Source: a virus
Lineage: Duplodnaviria; Caudoviricetes
Length of the DNA stretch: 64,000 nucleotides
Virus record (IMG/VR): IMGVR_UViG_3300006155_000002
Reading direction: 5' to 3' (one strand)
The position numbers and the translations under genes are program-made. The notes beneath the pieces are model-generated. The model was not told where the DNA came from and searched no databases. It worked only from the letters and a program-made list of their open reading frames with translations. Positions 18,339 through 28,828 of this stretch are shown in pieces (position 1 is the first letter of the stretch; every line of letters begins with the position of its first letter).

Positions 18339-18695
18339 TTAGCAGATCCCCGCCTGTTTTGCTTTGTACTCAGCAATCATATCTTGGGCTTTCTTTTCAG
18401 CATGAGCAGCGTCTTTGGCATAAACCAAAACGCCGTGGATTTCCTGAGTTATATTGTTGACGCAAACCTGTTCCAGTCTTGGATACTCTTCGAATTGTGC
18501 ATTGCATCCATTTTTGTCGCAGTACCAGAACAAGTTCAAATCAGAACCCTCGCCATCCTCATACTCCTCAATAGACGCATCATTGTATGTGTCTGAGTAA
18601 ATGGACTTTAAGAGATTTGCCTTATCCTTATTTGCTGTCAAGGCGCAAATGTGATAGTCAGAATAATCGCCTTTTGTAATTGCATATAACTTCAT
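18339..18695 (-). CDS. Conserved phage protein
   Basis: MKLYAITKGDYSDYHI N-terminus typical of a phage family. Confidence 0.7.
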   Translation of the reverse strand: MKLYAITKGDYSDYHICALTANKDKANLLKSIYSDTYNDASIEEYEDGEGSDLNLFWYCDKNGCNAQFEEYPRLEQVCVNNITQEIHGVLVYAKDAAHAEKKAQDMIAEYKAKQAGIC

Positions 18696-18728
18696 TTTTC
18701 ACCCTGCTTTCCGTTGAATTATTTCCAT

Positions 18729-19172
18729 TTATGCATTACACATTGTCCTTACCGACATCCGCCATCCGTCTGTCACAAGTGATAGAGTCATTCGATTAGC
18801 ATCCTCGTGTTCTTCGTTATCGACCGCCATCATAGCAACGTCCTCGTATACAATACTGGTAACAAACTTGTCAATGCTACCGTCAAACTCTGCTTCAATA
18901 ATGTCCATGAACAGTATCAGCCTATCATAATCAGACCTTAATTCCAGAGTCATCAGTTCTGTTGTGCTTTTCTCGAAGTCCTTGTAGTAGGTATTCTTGA
19001 AACGATGGTATGTATACTGGTCGATTTCCGCTCTTCCGAGGCCAATCCACCTTTTTGAACCTTTTGTTCGATAGCGGATATCGAGAGTTGGAAACAGGCT
19101 CGACCTTCCACATAAAAATCCTCTGCGCCGCTTTGGCTTGATCCGATATTGGATTTCATACTGCATAATCAA
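18729..19172 (-). CDS. Hypothetical protein
   Basis: AAAGGGG SD. Confidence 0.6.
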   Translation of the reverse strand: MIMQYEIQYRIKPKRRRGFLCGRSSLFPTLDIRYRTKGSKRWIGLGRAEIDQYTYHRFKNTYYKDFEKSTTELMTLELRSDYDRLILFMDIIEAEFDGSIDKFVTSIVYEDVAMMAVDNEEHEDANRMTLSLVTDGWRMSVRTMCNA

Positions 19173-19187
19173 CGCGGCCCCTTTCAG

Positions 19188-20137
19188 TCAAAATAAAAGA
19201 TGCTCGTAGTCGATCATCCGGAAATAAATCTTGTCGCGCTCCCATCGTTTGCAGACAATGATGTCGCCCTCTTTGATGGGATCTTGCTCAAATCGCCGCT
19301 TGAACACTGTCATCCGGCTCTCCTTGCCGCTGCCGATAGACTGAGTTAAAACACTGTACCCAAAAACCTCATTGTCCTTTTTACGACGAACCGGGTAAAC
19401 ACCTGTGATGAACAGCTTATTGCGGTCAGCTTCCTCTCCAGATGTGTAGCCAGCATATCCCATAATGTCATTGAAGTTCTTGGCCTTCATAAACACCGAC
19501 AGATCGTCGACATGGGCTTCCTTGATATACCGCTCAATATTATGCAGAATTGTGTCCATGTCCAGAATCGTATAATTTTTTGCTTCGCTGCCGTTTTTTG
19601 TTGTGCCACAGGAACTTTTGCTGACGATTTCTTCAAGCCATGTTCCATCGACCATGTCTTTGCGGATCTTCTTTGCTTCCCCCTTCTTAAACAACTCAAA
19701 CATTTCAACAATCTTGAATAATTCGCGCTGGTTTCCAAACTGCACAAAATAATCAATTTTGATTAGGATATCGAGCTGTCTGGAATCCAGAGATGTGTGT
19801 TCTGAGATATCACGGAGCAGGTCAACAAAGAACTCATACTGGTGAGTCTTGGACAATTCATAAAGCTCGTTCGCTCCAGCCTCGCTCATGTACTTGACGC
19901 TGCTCACACCCTTTGAAATGATGTTCGCTTCCTTGTCAAAGAAATAGTCAGCTTTGGAAAATCCATACTTGGGCTGGACAATTCTGATGCCACGCTGACG
20001 AGCCAGAGCTGTTCCGTTCTGGATATCATCATCATTTGCGGCATTGTTCAAAAACGAAGTAATAAATTCGATTGGATTGTAGTACCTGTAGTAGGCACAC
20101 AAGTATCCAAGCAAACAGTATGCGACGGAATGATTAT
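19188..20137 (-). CDS. dnaE: DNA polymerase III alpha subunit, exon 2
   Basis: (Y)NHSVAYCLLGYLCAYYRYY...F continues the PolIII-alpha motif across the splice junction. Confidence 0.9.
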
Positions 20138-21004
20138 CGTTACCTCGGACGTTTCCGCCCGAACAGACTATATCTTCGGTTTTTCGCCGTTCTTGCGCTT
20201 CTGGCAGGGACTCATCTTCTACCGTACTCCCTTACGGGATAGTCGTTACACCTTCCGATAGGATTCCCACGCAAACCCTCCGGCGGAGAATGTACGCAGG
20301 CTCACGCACCGCAATATCAATCTTGCGCTGATCCCGGTTAGACGTTCGGCTTCTGTGGCTGAATCATAGACATCAATGATGTCGCCATCTTCCGTCATCT
20401 GGACAACCGGAGTTCCCTTTGGTTTGCGCAGATTATTGTATAGAGCATGGATGTTGTTGTAGCTGTAGGTTGTCCATTCCAAATTTTCCACACAGTTATC
20501 GGCCTTGTCGCCATTTTTATGGTTAACCATTGGATACTCGTATGGATTTGGAATGAACGCTGTCGCAACCAGAATATGTACAAAAGCCACATATGAAGTT
20601 CCGTCACGCCGTAGATTGACGACCATATACCCGTTGCCGTCTTTTCCTTTGGTTCGTGTCAGTCTCATGTCTTTCCCGCGATACCTGCGAGTCCGTCCAT
20701 TTTTATCGCAAACCTCGCGGTCAACGCTGCGGACACATCCTGTGTCACTGACTTCATAGTAGCCCTCATAATCTTGAATCGCTCTCCAGCGCACAAAAAC
20801 TCCTCCTAAATCGGCTTGGCACGGTATCGCCTGCTATCCGTTTCCGGACCGTAGGTTCTCTTAGTCAGAGGCTTCGTCCTTGGAATTGGTCTGTATCTCC
20901 TTGTAAGGCTTCACAGACCGGTCTTATTCATCTGATACCGTTAGCACGGCATTATGCCGCACACCCCTGAGTCATAGGGTTCACAAGAAATGAGCTAATC
21001 AATA
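20138..21004 (-). mobile_element. Group I intron (IA-like) in dnaE carrying an HNH homing endonuclease
   Basis: Exon ends in U (GGGT|) with P1 UGGGU|UA:UAGCUCA U-G wobble; omega-G at 20138; P7 elements GACTA..AAGATATAGTC; splicing restores YMFG-Y-NHSVAY. Confidence 0.92.
20246..20794 (-). CDS. NUMOD4-HNH-NUMOD1 homing endonuclease (intron-encoded)
   Basis: WRAIQDYEGYYEVSDTGCVRS; VHILVATAF..VNHKNGDKADNCVENLEW; C-terminal NUMOD1-like HTH. Confidence 0.92.
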   Translation of the reverse strand: MRWRAIQDYEGYYEVSDTGCVRSVDREVCDKNGRTRRYRGKDMRLTRTKGKDGNGYMVVNLRRDGTSYVAFVHILVATAFIPNPYEYPMVNHKNGDKADNCVENLEWTTYSYNNIHALYNNLRKPKGTPVVQMTEDGDIIDVYDSATEAERLTGISARLILRCVSLRTFSAGGFAWESYRKV

Positions 21005-23270
21005 ACCCAAACATATAGGACGACGCGTCCTGTATGATTTGCAGGAATTCTTTTGCTTCCTGCTCGGCAATTTCACGCTGTTTCGTAGACTTATTGCAAT
21101 ACCCATCCAAAATCACAGGCATCCATTCGTCAAGCAGCTCCATTTTCTTTTTTGCAATACCACGCCGGACTGAGTCGGCCTGGCTTCCACTCAACCCACA
21201 AATCTTTTGAAGGAACTGGATAATGTCTTCCTGATAAACCAGATAGCCGAGATTGTCCTTCAGCAAATCGTCAATCAGTTCAGACGGATTGCTGTGTGGC
21301 TTCCTTGTCAAAAGTTCATTTCGGTATGATGCACCGGAAGGACGGATACAGGCAGTCACCAGTGACATATCAAAAATGCTCTGTGGTACAAATTTTCGCA
21401 AACTATCGAAAGCAAATGCACTCTCGAACTGGAATAGGCCAGCAGGGCTTCTTATCATATCCGCCCATACATCTTTGTCGTTCCAGTTAATCTCGCTTGT
21501 CTTTGGATACGGGCGGCCCATATAGCTGCAAGCGTCTCGGATTACTTGAACGGTTTTCAAGACCAGAAAGTCATACTTGGCAAGTCCGGCTTCATGTGCT
21601 TCATCCATATCAAGCATCAGACAGTTCTCTCCGTCTTTCTCAAAGACACCATAGTTATCAACCAAAGTGATTGGGCTGATGACCATGCCGGCAGGATGAA
21701 CAGACTGTGACACCTTGACACCGAACATCCCTTTGACATAGTAGAATAATTCAGGATATTTTTTCGTGGTTTGGACACCAACTACTTCATCCAGGCGCTT
21801 TTTATAGAGATCGTCCTCCGTCATGTCATATCTATCCATCAGTTCTTGTACATCGGAGGAGAACTCCTTCTTGATTTGACTGATTTTTTCCAAAGACCAC
21901 GGATTGTCCACAAGCTCTCCATGTTCTTTGACCCATTCAAAGGAAAGATGCCTTCCAACGTCGTCGATAACACCTTTTCCCTTGATTGTTCCGAATGACG
22001 CTACACGGGCTGTCTTATCAGTTCCAAATCGTCCTGTAATGTACTCGAAGATAGCCGGACGATCTGACTTAACCACGTCAATATCAATATCTCCGATCTC
22101 GACACGATCTACGTTTGCGAACCGGGAGAAGGCGGTGTGCCATGTCTCCGGGTTGAGGTCGATAATGTCTGTGATGTAGGCTACTCTGGAACCTCCGACA
22201 GAGCCACGAGCAGTTCCGATTGCCATACCTTGTTCTTTACACCAGCAAATCAGTTCAGACATGGAACCCATAAAACCCATCATACCGATTTTGTGGAAAA
22301 CCTCCATCTCCTCATCGATTGCACTCCGAAACGCATCTACCTGCTCTGGAGGAATAACGCCGCTTGAAACCTTTTCTGCAAACATACGCTCTACGCGTTG
22401 TGCAAACTGCCGCTCGTCTTCCTCTTGTGAACCATATAGAATCGGATACTTGATTGAGGTATCAAGTGTAAAATCTTCTACCAGCTCGTCAAGCCTGTTG
22501 GTGTTGTTGATGGCCTCAAGGTATACTTTTTCATCAAGTGCGCCTTGTCTGGCAAACATTGCGACCAACTCGTCATATGTTTTATATGTAAGATCGAAAC
22601 TGTCTTCGTCGCCATAAGTTTTTCGTTTTGCTCCAAGCAGAATTGTTCGGCATTCTGATTTATATGGAGATGAACTATGGGTGTCCGTCCCAGCAATCAG
22701 CGGTGTTCCAATCTTCTCGGATAAAGCCAGTAGCCTTTTATTGAAAGCAATCTGTTCAGGATGATCGTGAGCCTGTATTTCAAGAAAATCATACTTTCGC
22801 GCCAGTTCCATATATCTTGGATGGTCTGCTGGTAGCTTATTCAGCGGAGAAGCAAGGCAAGCGCTGGTCGATATGATATTTGGGGAGATATTAAGGAATT
22901 CATCAAACGTGATGCGGTTCGTGTAGTAGGTATGGTCCTTATCGCATGATGTACGAACCAGAGCATTTAGTTCCTTCATACCTTCCAAATTCCTTGCAAG
23001 TAAAACCGTATGGTAGTTATCACGGGTTTTCTCTCCATGGTCGTTAAATAATCGCTCAGTAAGGTAAATTTCAACGCCATGGATAAATTTGATACCATTC
23101 TTGTCACAGTAGAGCTTTTTAGAAACCCATCCGAGTGGCTTCCCGTGTTCCGTGCTTGCAATCGCTTTTTGGCCGTTTTTTACTGCGAGATCAACATATT
23201 CCTGAAACTTTGTGCAACTGTCCAGCAAGCTGTAATCTGAGTGCATATGATATGGGATGTAGTTGTTCAC
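21005..23270 (-). CDS. dnaE: DNA polymerase III alpha subunit, exon 1
   Basis: PHP domain HMHSDYSLLD, ARGSVGGS, DIDID, SVHPAG, KYDFLVL, LVYQEDI. Confidence 0.95.
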
Positions 23271-24256
23271 CACAACCGCCCCCTTTCTTGGTAAAGCGAC
23301 CGGAACACATCCTGCCCCTTGTCTGTTGGACTGTCTTTTTCCTCAAGCGCATTGTTCCTGTTCTTAACCCAATACACCTGTGCATACTGTCGAAGTTTCA
23401 TGATATTTGTATCTTCACGAATATTAACTTCAGCATCCAGTGCAAAAGTAATTTTGACACCAAGTTGAACAAGTATCCTAAACTGATACGGATTGAGATG
23501 TGAAGTCAAAACTGCTCCAGTATTTTTGATACCCCACCCATCGGCCATCATGACTGACTTTGCACCCTCAAACAAGATAATCTCTCCGCACCTTTTGATC
23601 TCTTTGATGTTGTCGGACAGTCCATAGAGAGTATCCAGAGTTCCAATGGGCTGAAAGTATGTATACTTCCGCAGCTTTTTTTCTTTGAAATTTGGATCTA
23701 ATGTTCTGCCACATACGCTAATAATGTTTCCGTTGACGTCCCTGATTGGATAGACAAGACGGTCTGAGAACGGGTCGTATCTTACCTGGAATCGTTCCAT
23801 AGATTCCATTGTGATACCTTCCCGCTCCCAGACCGCAAGCTTCTGCATATTCCACTCATAGCGGTTCATGTAGTCCTTGGGCAGTATTGTTGTTTTTGAT
23901 GGCTTTTCTTTCGGAGCCTTATGCTGAAACTTCTTTGCGATGGAAGTTGCAAGAAGTCTCTTCGGAGCAACCGACGTACTGTCATCTGTAATGCCAGCAT
24001 AGCTCTTTAGGATTCCAAGCCCCTTCAAAAAATCACAATTGTTATACGCGCAAATGAAATCAAGAACATTACCGCCTTTACCTGATGAGAAATCATAAAA
24101 CCGCTGCATTTCCTGATTGATAGAGAATGATGGTGTGCGCTCTTCTTTCAATGGACTGAGACACCAATACTCCCCATCTGGTGCTTCTTTGGGGTCACAA
24201 AACTGTGAGATATACTCCAAGATGTCAACACTCTCAATGATTTCGGATATCTCCAT
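23267..24256 (-). CDS. dnaG: DNA primase (Zn finger + Toprim)
   Basis: CLSPLKEERTPSF..YDFSSGKGGN; LFEGAKSV; ALDAE. Confidence 0.9.
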   Translation of the reverse strand: MEISEIIESVDILEYISQFCDPKEAPDGEYWCLSPLKEERTPSFSINQEMQRFYDFSSGKGGNVLDFICAYNNCDFLKGLGILKSYAGITDDSTSVAPKRLLATSIAKKFQHKAPKEKPSKTTILPKDYMNRYEWNMQKLAVWEREGITMESMERFQVRYDPFSDRLVYPIRDVNGNIISVCGRTLDPNFKEKKLRKYTYFQPIGTLDTLYGLSDNIKEIKRCGEIILFEGAKSVMMADGWGIKNTGAVLTSHLNPYQFRILVQLGVKITFALDAEVNIREDTNIMKLRQYAQVYWVKNRNNALEEKDSPTDKGQDVFRSLYQERGRLW

Positions 24257-24273
24257 ACCATCACCTCCATCCA

Positions 24274-25605
24274 TCAATATGGCATTTGCACAATATGTTG
24301 TCTGGCTTCTTCGTAGGAAATCAGATTCCCACAGAAACTCATGTCTATGTACTCATCTGGTGCCATCTGCGGACCATTACGGTTCAAAACAACTCGTAAC
24401 TTCTTATTCCCACACTCTGGACCGTCCGCTTCAATTTCCTCTGGTAGTTTGTCCTGGATGACTGCAATCGTTGATGCGTTGCGTCCAATCTTTGCACTGT
24501 CTGCAACCTTTCCGGTTGCCGTTGCCTGCGCTGCACCGATTCCTGCAATGTTCATGTCTCCACAGATTTGGTTTTTTACCATATCAACGAACCGCCCGAG
24601 CTCCTGATAACTATCAAAGGCATCTCCGTCGCCTTTACCTTTGAAATAATCCACGATCAGGACATCGATGCCCTGCGTATGATTTACTTTTTTAACGGTA
24701 GTGAAGATACTTTGCGCATCAAACATCGGCATATAAAGATGGGTAAAACTCTTAGATTTCATCCAGTCTCTACACACATCGATACGCTTTCCTTCTTCCG
24801 GAGAATAATTCCCGCTCCGAACCCGATTGAATTCAATTTTTGCCAGATGGGCCATTAAACGACAGGTAAAGAGCCGTGAATTCAATTCGCTGTCGATATA
24901 CATTACACGCTTGCCGCGTCTTAGCAGATCCACTGCACAGTTCAAAAGCATCATGCTCTTGCCTTGTTTCGCTTCTGCCGCAAAAATGACAAGCTCCCCA
25001 GGTTCAATCGTGACGTACTGATTGAGTGTTGGAAACTTGAATGGGATACCAGATATCCCGCTTTTCTGGCGCTCCCGTATCTGCTCCCACAATTCGTCTA
25101 CAACATCCCTGTATTGCGGAACAGACTTAGTGGTGGAGAATTGCATCATCACATCATCGAGCGTCGCATAAATTCGTTGTTCGATCTCTGACTCGCTCTG
25201 ATTCTGGCAGATATTTTGACATTCTGCAAGTCTCTGATATGTCGCACGGCGAAAAGCAGTGTTGAGCACACAGTCTGCAGCAAGCTTATAGCCCTCTGGC
25301 GTGTTTCTTGCGATGGCAGGAGCTGTGCTGATGAATTCATCCAGGCTGCGTTCTGTCAAAATCGTTTCGACTTTGCTTTTTATCCTCTGGTCTGAACGAA
25401 GTACGTTCAGAATATAAGAGGCATCAATTGTCTTTACATTTCTTTCCGCAAGCTTCTTTATTGCGTAGAAAATATAAGAGTTCGCTTGATTTGTAAAGTG
25501 TTGTGCTGTGAGTTGCTCTACGAGATAGATGTAGTCTGGATGGAAAACCAGAGTGGAAACCACTACAGCTTCGCTGTGAACATCACAAATATCATTGACA
25601 TCCAA
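24274..25605 (-). CDS. dnaB: Replicative helicase, DnaB-like
   Basis: AAEAKQGKS Walker A, YIDSE, LIVDY, AAQ; GGAGGTG SD + TTG. Confidence 0.9.
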   Translation of the reverse strand: MDVNDICDVHSEAVVVSTLVFHPDYIYLVEQLTAQHFTNQANSYIFYAIKKLAERNVKTIDASYILNVLRSDQRIKSKVETILTERSLDEFISTAPAIARNTPEGYKLAADCVLNTAFRRATYQRLAECQNICQNQSESEIEQRIYATLDDVMMQFSTTKSVPQYRDVVDELWEQIRERQKSGISGIPFKFPTLNQYVTIEPGELVIFAAEAKQGKSMMLLNCAVDLLRRGKRVMYIDSELNSRLFTCRLMAHLAKIEFNRVRSGNYSPEEGKRIDVCRDWMKSKSFTHLYMPMFDAQSIFTTVKKVNHTQGIDVLIVDYFKGKGDGDAFDSYQELGRFVDMVKNQICGDMNIAGIGAAQATATGKVADSAKIGRNASTIAVIQDKLPEEIEADGPECGNKKLRVVLNRNGPQMAPDEYIDMSFCGNLISYEEARQHIVQMPY

Positions 25606-25610
25606 TGCAA

Positions 25611-26384
25611 TCACCTCCTGTTCATTTGGAAGTAACAGCAATCGTCACTTAGGTCGCATATGTATCTACACTTCCAATAGTCTATTTTTGGCGACCAGTC
25701 TTCATTGCTCGTGATCGTATCAATGGATTTGAGTGCCCATTCTTTGGACTTTTCAAGTTCTTTTTCCCGGAAAGGCTCGGAGATCAACTGCCCGGTTCGG
25801 AAACAGTTGAACTCCAGCCTGACCGGATATGTATGGTAAAGCTGCTCCATTGGAACGCTATATAGGTAGAGCTGTCTTAGGTACGAATCAAGTTCATGGT
25901 CTGAAACCGTTGGTTTGCTTCTCCCAGAACGCGGTTTTAATGCTCTTGACTTATTGTCCAGGATTACCAATTTCCCATCATCGAATGCCACACAGTCAAT
26001 GATGCCTGTAAATGGTTTGTCACCTATCGAGAAATTGACCTTCTGTTCAACACCGGCCGGTGACGGATATGGAAAATCAATGTTGCTTATGTACTCGTAC
26101 CCTTGCTCAAAATAACTTTTGAAGATTTTGCTGTTTGGCGCCTTGCCTCTGACATTCCTTCTGAAACCTGACAGATATGCATCAGCCAACTCATCTTTCT
26201 CCAAAAAACCTCGCAAATACTGCTCAATCAGCTTGTGCATGAAACTCCCGTAGTCTGAGAAGAACATGGGTTTCTTTTCCGCTCGCTTGATATAGTTCAG
26301 CAAGAACCCATATGGACACATTTCAAACTGACCAATCCGAGAGTAAGACCAGGTGAAATCCGAAATGATATTCGAGTAATTCAC
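25611..26384 (-). CDS. PD-(D/E)XK nuclease (RecB/Cas4-like exonuclease)
   Basis: WSYSRI..F..CP, G..MH, GIIDC, ILDNKS, QLYLY, C-terminal Cys cluster. Confidence 0.9.
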   Translation of the reverse strand: MNYSNIISDFTWSYSRIGQFEMCPYGFLLNYIKRAEKKPMFFSDYGSFMHKLIEQYLRGFLEKDELADAYLSGFRRNVRGKAPNSKIFKSYFEQGYEYISNIDFPYPSPAGVEQKVNFSIGDKPFTGIIDCVAFDDGKLVILDNKSRALKPRSGRSKPTVSDHELDSYLRQLYLYSVPMEQLYHTYPVRLEFNCFRTGQLISEPFREKELEKSKEWALKSIDTITSNEDWSPKIDYWKCRYICDLSDDCCYFQMNRR

Positions 26385-26402
26385 TCAGTCTCACCAGTCC
26401 GA

Positions 26403-26795
26403 TCAGAACGGAAGATTGCTGTCGTCAACCTCTCCGTCATCAACCTCATAGGGGGGCTTTTTCTTCCCACTTTGTTTGGCATTGCCGCTGCTTGGAGAGC
26501 TTCCGTCCGCCATCTCAAAGTCGAACACCTTGTAGTTGACGTATTCCTTTTGCTTCTCCTTGTCATATGTAGTGCTGACATCACACTCCAGGATCTTGAT
26601 ACGATCCTTCGGCTGCAGGTTCTGAGCCTTGTTGTGCGCCTCTCCAATGAAGGTACAGAAGCCGGAGAAATCCTGCTCCCATTCGTCTGTCAGCTTATTC
26701 TTCCGGCTGGAAGAGAGACGAACCCTCGTTGTCTTGCCTGTCTTGCTTGGCTCTGTGCTCCATACAGAGCAGAAACCATTTTGCCGAAATCCCAT
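26403..26795 (-). CDS. ssb: Single-stranded DNA-binding protein
   Basis: OB-fold length, acidic tail ending DDSNLPF; between ERF and the nuclease. Confidence 0.8.
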   Translation of the reverse strand: MGFRQNGFCSVWSTEPSKTGKTTRVRLSSSRKNKLTDEWEQDFSGFCTFIGEAHNKAQNLQPKDRIKILECDVSTTYDKEKQKEYVNYKVFDFEMADGSSPSSGNAKQSGKKKPPYEVDDGEVDDSNLPF

Positions 26796-26811
26796 GTAAA
26801 AATCACTCCTT

Positions 26812-27525
26812 CTATGTATTAGAAAACTCAGCCTTCAGCGCCTCAAGAAGTTCAGACGCTTGGGCTGAGGTTTCAACTGCGTAATAGTTCGCGCTCGGTT
26901 TCCCATTTTCACGAACATACTTTTTGGTCAGTGCGATAACCTTTTGCTTATCGTTTGGATTAGATGCCAGATATGTAGTCACCAGCGCATGGATTTGTTC
27001 TACGATCTTTCCAGCGATAGCACGGTCCTCCTCGCCCTCTGCGAACTGCTGCTTACTGCGCCAATCATCCGGGTCTTCGCCGTCCAGCGTTGCAATCTGG
27101 AAGAATTGGAGCAAAAACTGACGCAATCCGTATGTCAAGCCACTTCCGAACGCCTGAGCAGGATCTTGCTGACTTCCGACGATGAACCAGGGAACCTCAA
27201 TCGTTTCAGACGGATCATCGTCATTCACCCAGGTGTAAACCATACGGGCCTGTGCAATGATTTCATTATTTTTTTCCTCATACTGTTGCCCGTCTTTGGT
27301 AAACTTTGTCTTTCCATATGTATATGGTGTAATTACCTCGGATTCAGGATCTACCTTTGGATATAGTGACACATGGTATTTGTTCATACCAGCCGTCACC
27401 TTTGCCAAAATCTCATCGATAGAAGTGTACCGATAGTTGAAACCCTTCTTGTTCTTTTGGATAACTTCAGTCATCTTGCGAATTTTGGCCAGTTTTTGTT
27501 GAAGATTGAGCATTTCTTCTGCCAT
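26812..27525 (-). CDS. ERF-family single-strand annealing protein
   Basis: KKGFNYRY, AQAFGSGLTYGLRQFL...EDPD. Confidence 0.88.
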   Translation of the reverse strand: MAEEMLNLQQKLAKIRKMTEVIQKNKKGFNYRYTSIDEILAKVTAGMNKYHVSLYPKVDPESEVITPYTYGKTKFTKDGQQYEEKNNEIIAQARMVYTWVNDDDPSETIEVPWFIVGSQQDPAQAFGSGLTYGLRQFLLQFFQIATLDGEDPDDWRSKQQFAEGEEDRAIAGKIVEQIHALVTTYLASNPNDKQKVIALTKKYVRENGKPSANYYAVETSAQASELLEALKAEFSNT

Positions 27526-27545
27526 ACGATCTACCTTTCTCTTGG

Positions 27546-27830
27546 TTATTCAACACAGAGCAAAGACTTGAAGTTTGCAATAACCTTATCACTTCTGGTC
27601 TTCGCATCCTCCAGCTCACTCTTTGTTGTTGCCAATTCCTTCTGGTAGTCATCAATCTCCTGCATCGTCTCGCTGATGCTTTGACTGATGAGCCCAAGAT
27701 TGTCAATGGTGTCGTTCATAAGATGAACCGCACGTTCAAATTGGGCGTTGTAGAGATTGAGACTGTTCTTCTTTTGCGCCAGAATATCAGGCGCTTGGGT
27801 CGCGACAACCTTTGCTTTGCCGAAAGCCAT
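27546..27830 (-). CDS. Coiled-coil hypothetical protein
   Basis: AAGGAGG SD; heptad pattern. Confidence 0.7.
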   Translation of the reverse strand: MAFGKAKVVATQAPDILAQKKNSLNLYNAQFERAVHLMNDTIDNLGLISQSISETMQEIDDYQKELATTKSELEDAKTRSDKVIANFKSLLCVE

Positions 27831-27845
27831 AGTGCTTCCTCCTTT

Positions 27846-28406
27846 TTATTCTTGTTTGCTTTCCTTGATATATGTTGCGGCTTCGTCCGCAACGTGGAGC
27901 GCCCATGCCAGTCCGAACTGTTCATAGGCGTTTCCAACATCTTTGTTGCCATCCCAACATCCCATATGGCAGTTGATGGCGGCAGCCTCTTCCGGTGTGA
28001 TCTTAATAAAATTTTGGACAATGAACACCGATTTACTGCCATGGCCTCCGAAGCAGAACTTTTCTTTGATGGTATAGGCATCGTACTTCTCCCACTTACC
28101 ATCTTCTGTCTTTCGATTTCGTTTTTCGGTAGCATAGAAATTCACCTTACACAAATCATGGAATAAAGACACAATAGAGACCGTCTCGTCTGTTGCCACA
28201 ATTTCCGGGTAGGCTTGGAGAATCCGCTTCAACTCGTCAAATACATTCAGTGAATGTTGCAGTAGACCTCCGGAATAGTTACCGTGATACCTCGTGCTTG
28301 CTGGCGCTGTATAGAAGTCACTCTTTTCCAGCCAATCCATCAAATCGGAAATTCCATCACGATGGATTTCAGAACAAAGCTCCAGAAATCGCTCTTTTTC
28401 AGTCAT
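27846..28406 (-). CDS. HD-domain phosphohydrolase
   Basis: APASTRYH..GGLLQHSLNV, LFHDLCK, GHGSKS, HMG, LHVAD. Confidence 0.9.
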   Translation of the reverse strand: MTEKERFLELCSEIHRDGISDLMDWLEKSDFYTAPASTRYHGNYSGGLLQHSLNVFDELKRILQAYPEIVATDETVSIVSLFHDLCKVNFYATEKRNRKTEDGKWEKYDAYTIKEKFCFGGHGSKSVFIVQNFIKITPEEAAAINCHMGCWDGNKDVGNAYEQFGLAWALHVADEAATYIKESKQE

Positions 28407-28451
28407 TAAACCAGCTCCTTCCATTTTGTTTATTCCCATGGATATATAGGA

Positions 28452-28567
28452 ACTCTGCACAGGTGGTTGAAAGTGCCGATTTCAAGGCACTTATTGGTAC
28501 GTCCTAAATCAAAGCTCATCAGAAAAATTGATGGATTCGTACCGTTGAGCAACCCCTGCCGCAGAGC
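28452..28567 (-). ncRNA. Candidate structured RNA leader of the HD/replication operon
   Basis: Nested stems GCUCUGC/GCAGAGU, CAGG/CCUG, GGUUG/CAACC enclosing GGUACG/CGUACC (with AAUC/GAUU, CAUCA/UGAUG) and AAGUGCC/GGCACUU. Confidence 0.5.
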
Positions 28568-28572
28568 AAAAA

Positions 28573-28770
28573 CTAAAAATGTATGTACTTATCCTCAAGA
28601 ACGCGGGGATTATGGTCTTTACCAAGCTTGACAAATTTTCCATCTCTCAATTCATAAAGAAAGTAGTAGTCCCGCGCCGGCTTTGAGGTTGTGATATATT
28701 TGAGATTGCCGTTTGTGTCATGATGACTGACCCACACAATCTCGCCCTTCGGGTAAGTATATTCCATCAT
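28573..28770 (-). CDS. Small hypothetical protein
   Basis: GAGG SD; YFLYE..GKFVKLGK motif. Confidence 0.65.
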   Translation of the reverse strand: MMEYTYPKGEIVWVSHHDTNGNLKYITTSKPARDYYFLYELRDGKFVKLGKDHNPRVLEDKYIHF

Positions 28771-28792
28771 ATCGCCTCGAAAATAATTATTA

Positions 28793-28822
28793 GAAAAAGA
28801 AAAAGAGGCTTTCGCCTCTCTT
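28793..28822 (-). terminator. Intrinsic terminator after the MrpR-like gene
   Basis: AGAGGC-GAAA-GCCTCT + T-rich tail on - strand. Confidence 0.75.
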
Positions 28823-28828
28823 TCCTAA

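Noticed and set aside
25611-26384. Cas4 as part of a CRISPR system
   Set aside because: No repeat-spacer array or other cas genes seen; it sits in an ERF/SSB recombination module.
28480-28525. Hammerhead ribozyme (CUGAUGAG...GAAA on - strand)
   Set aside because: No stem II closing onto the GAAA and no stem I/III arrangement with a cleavage triplet could be built.
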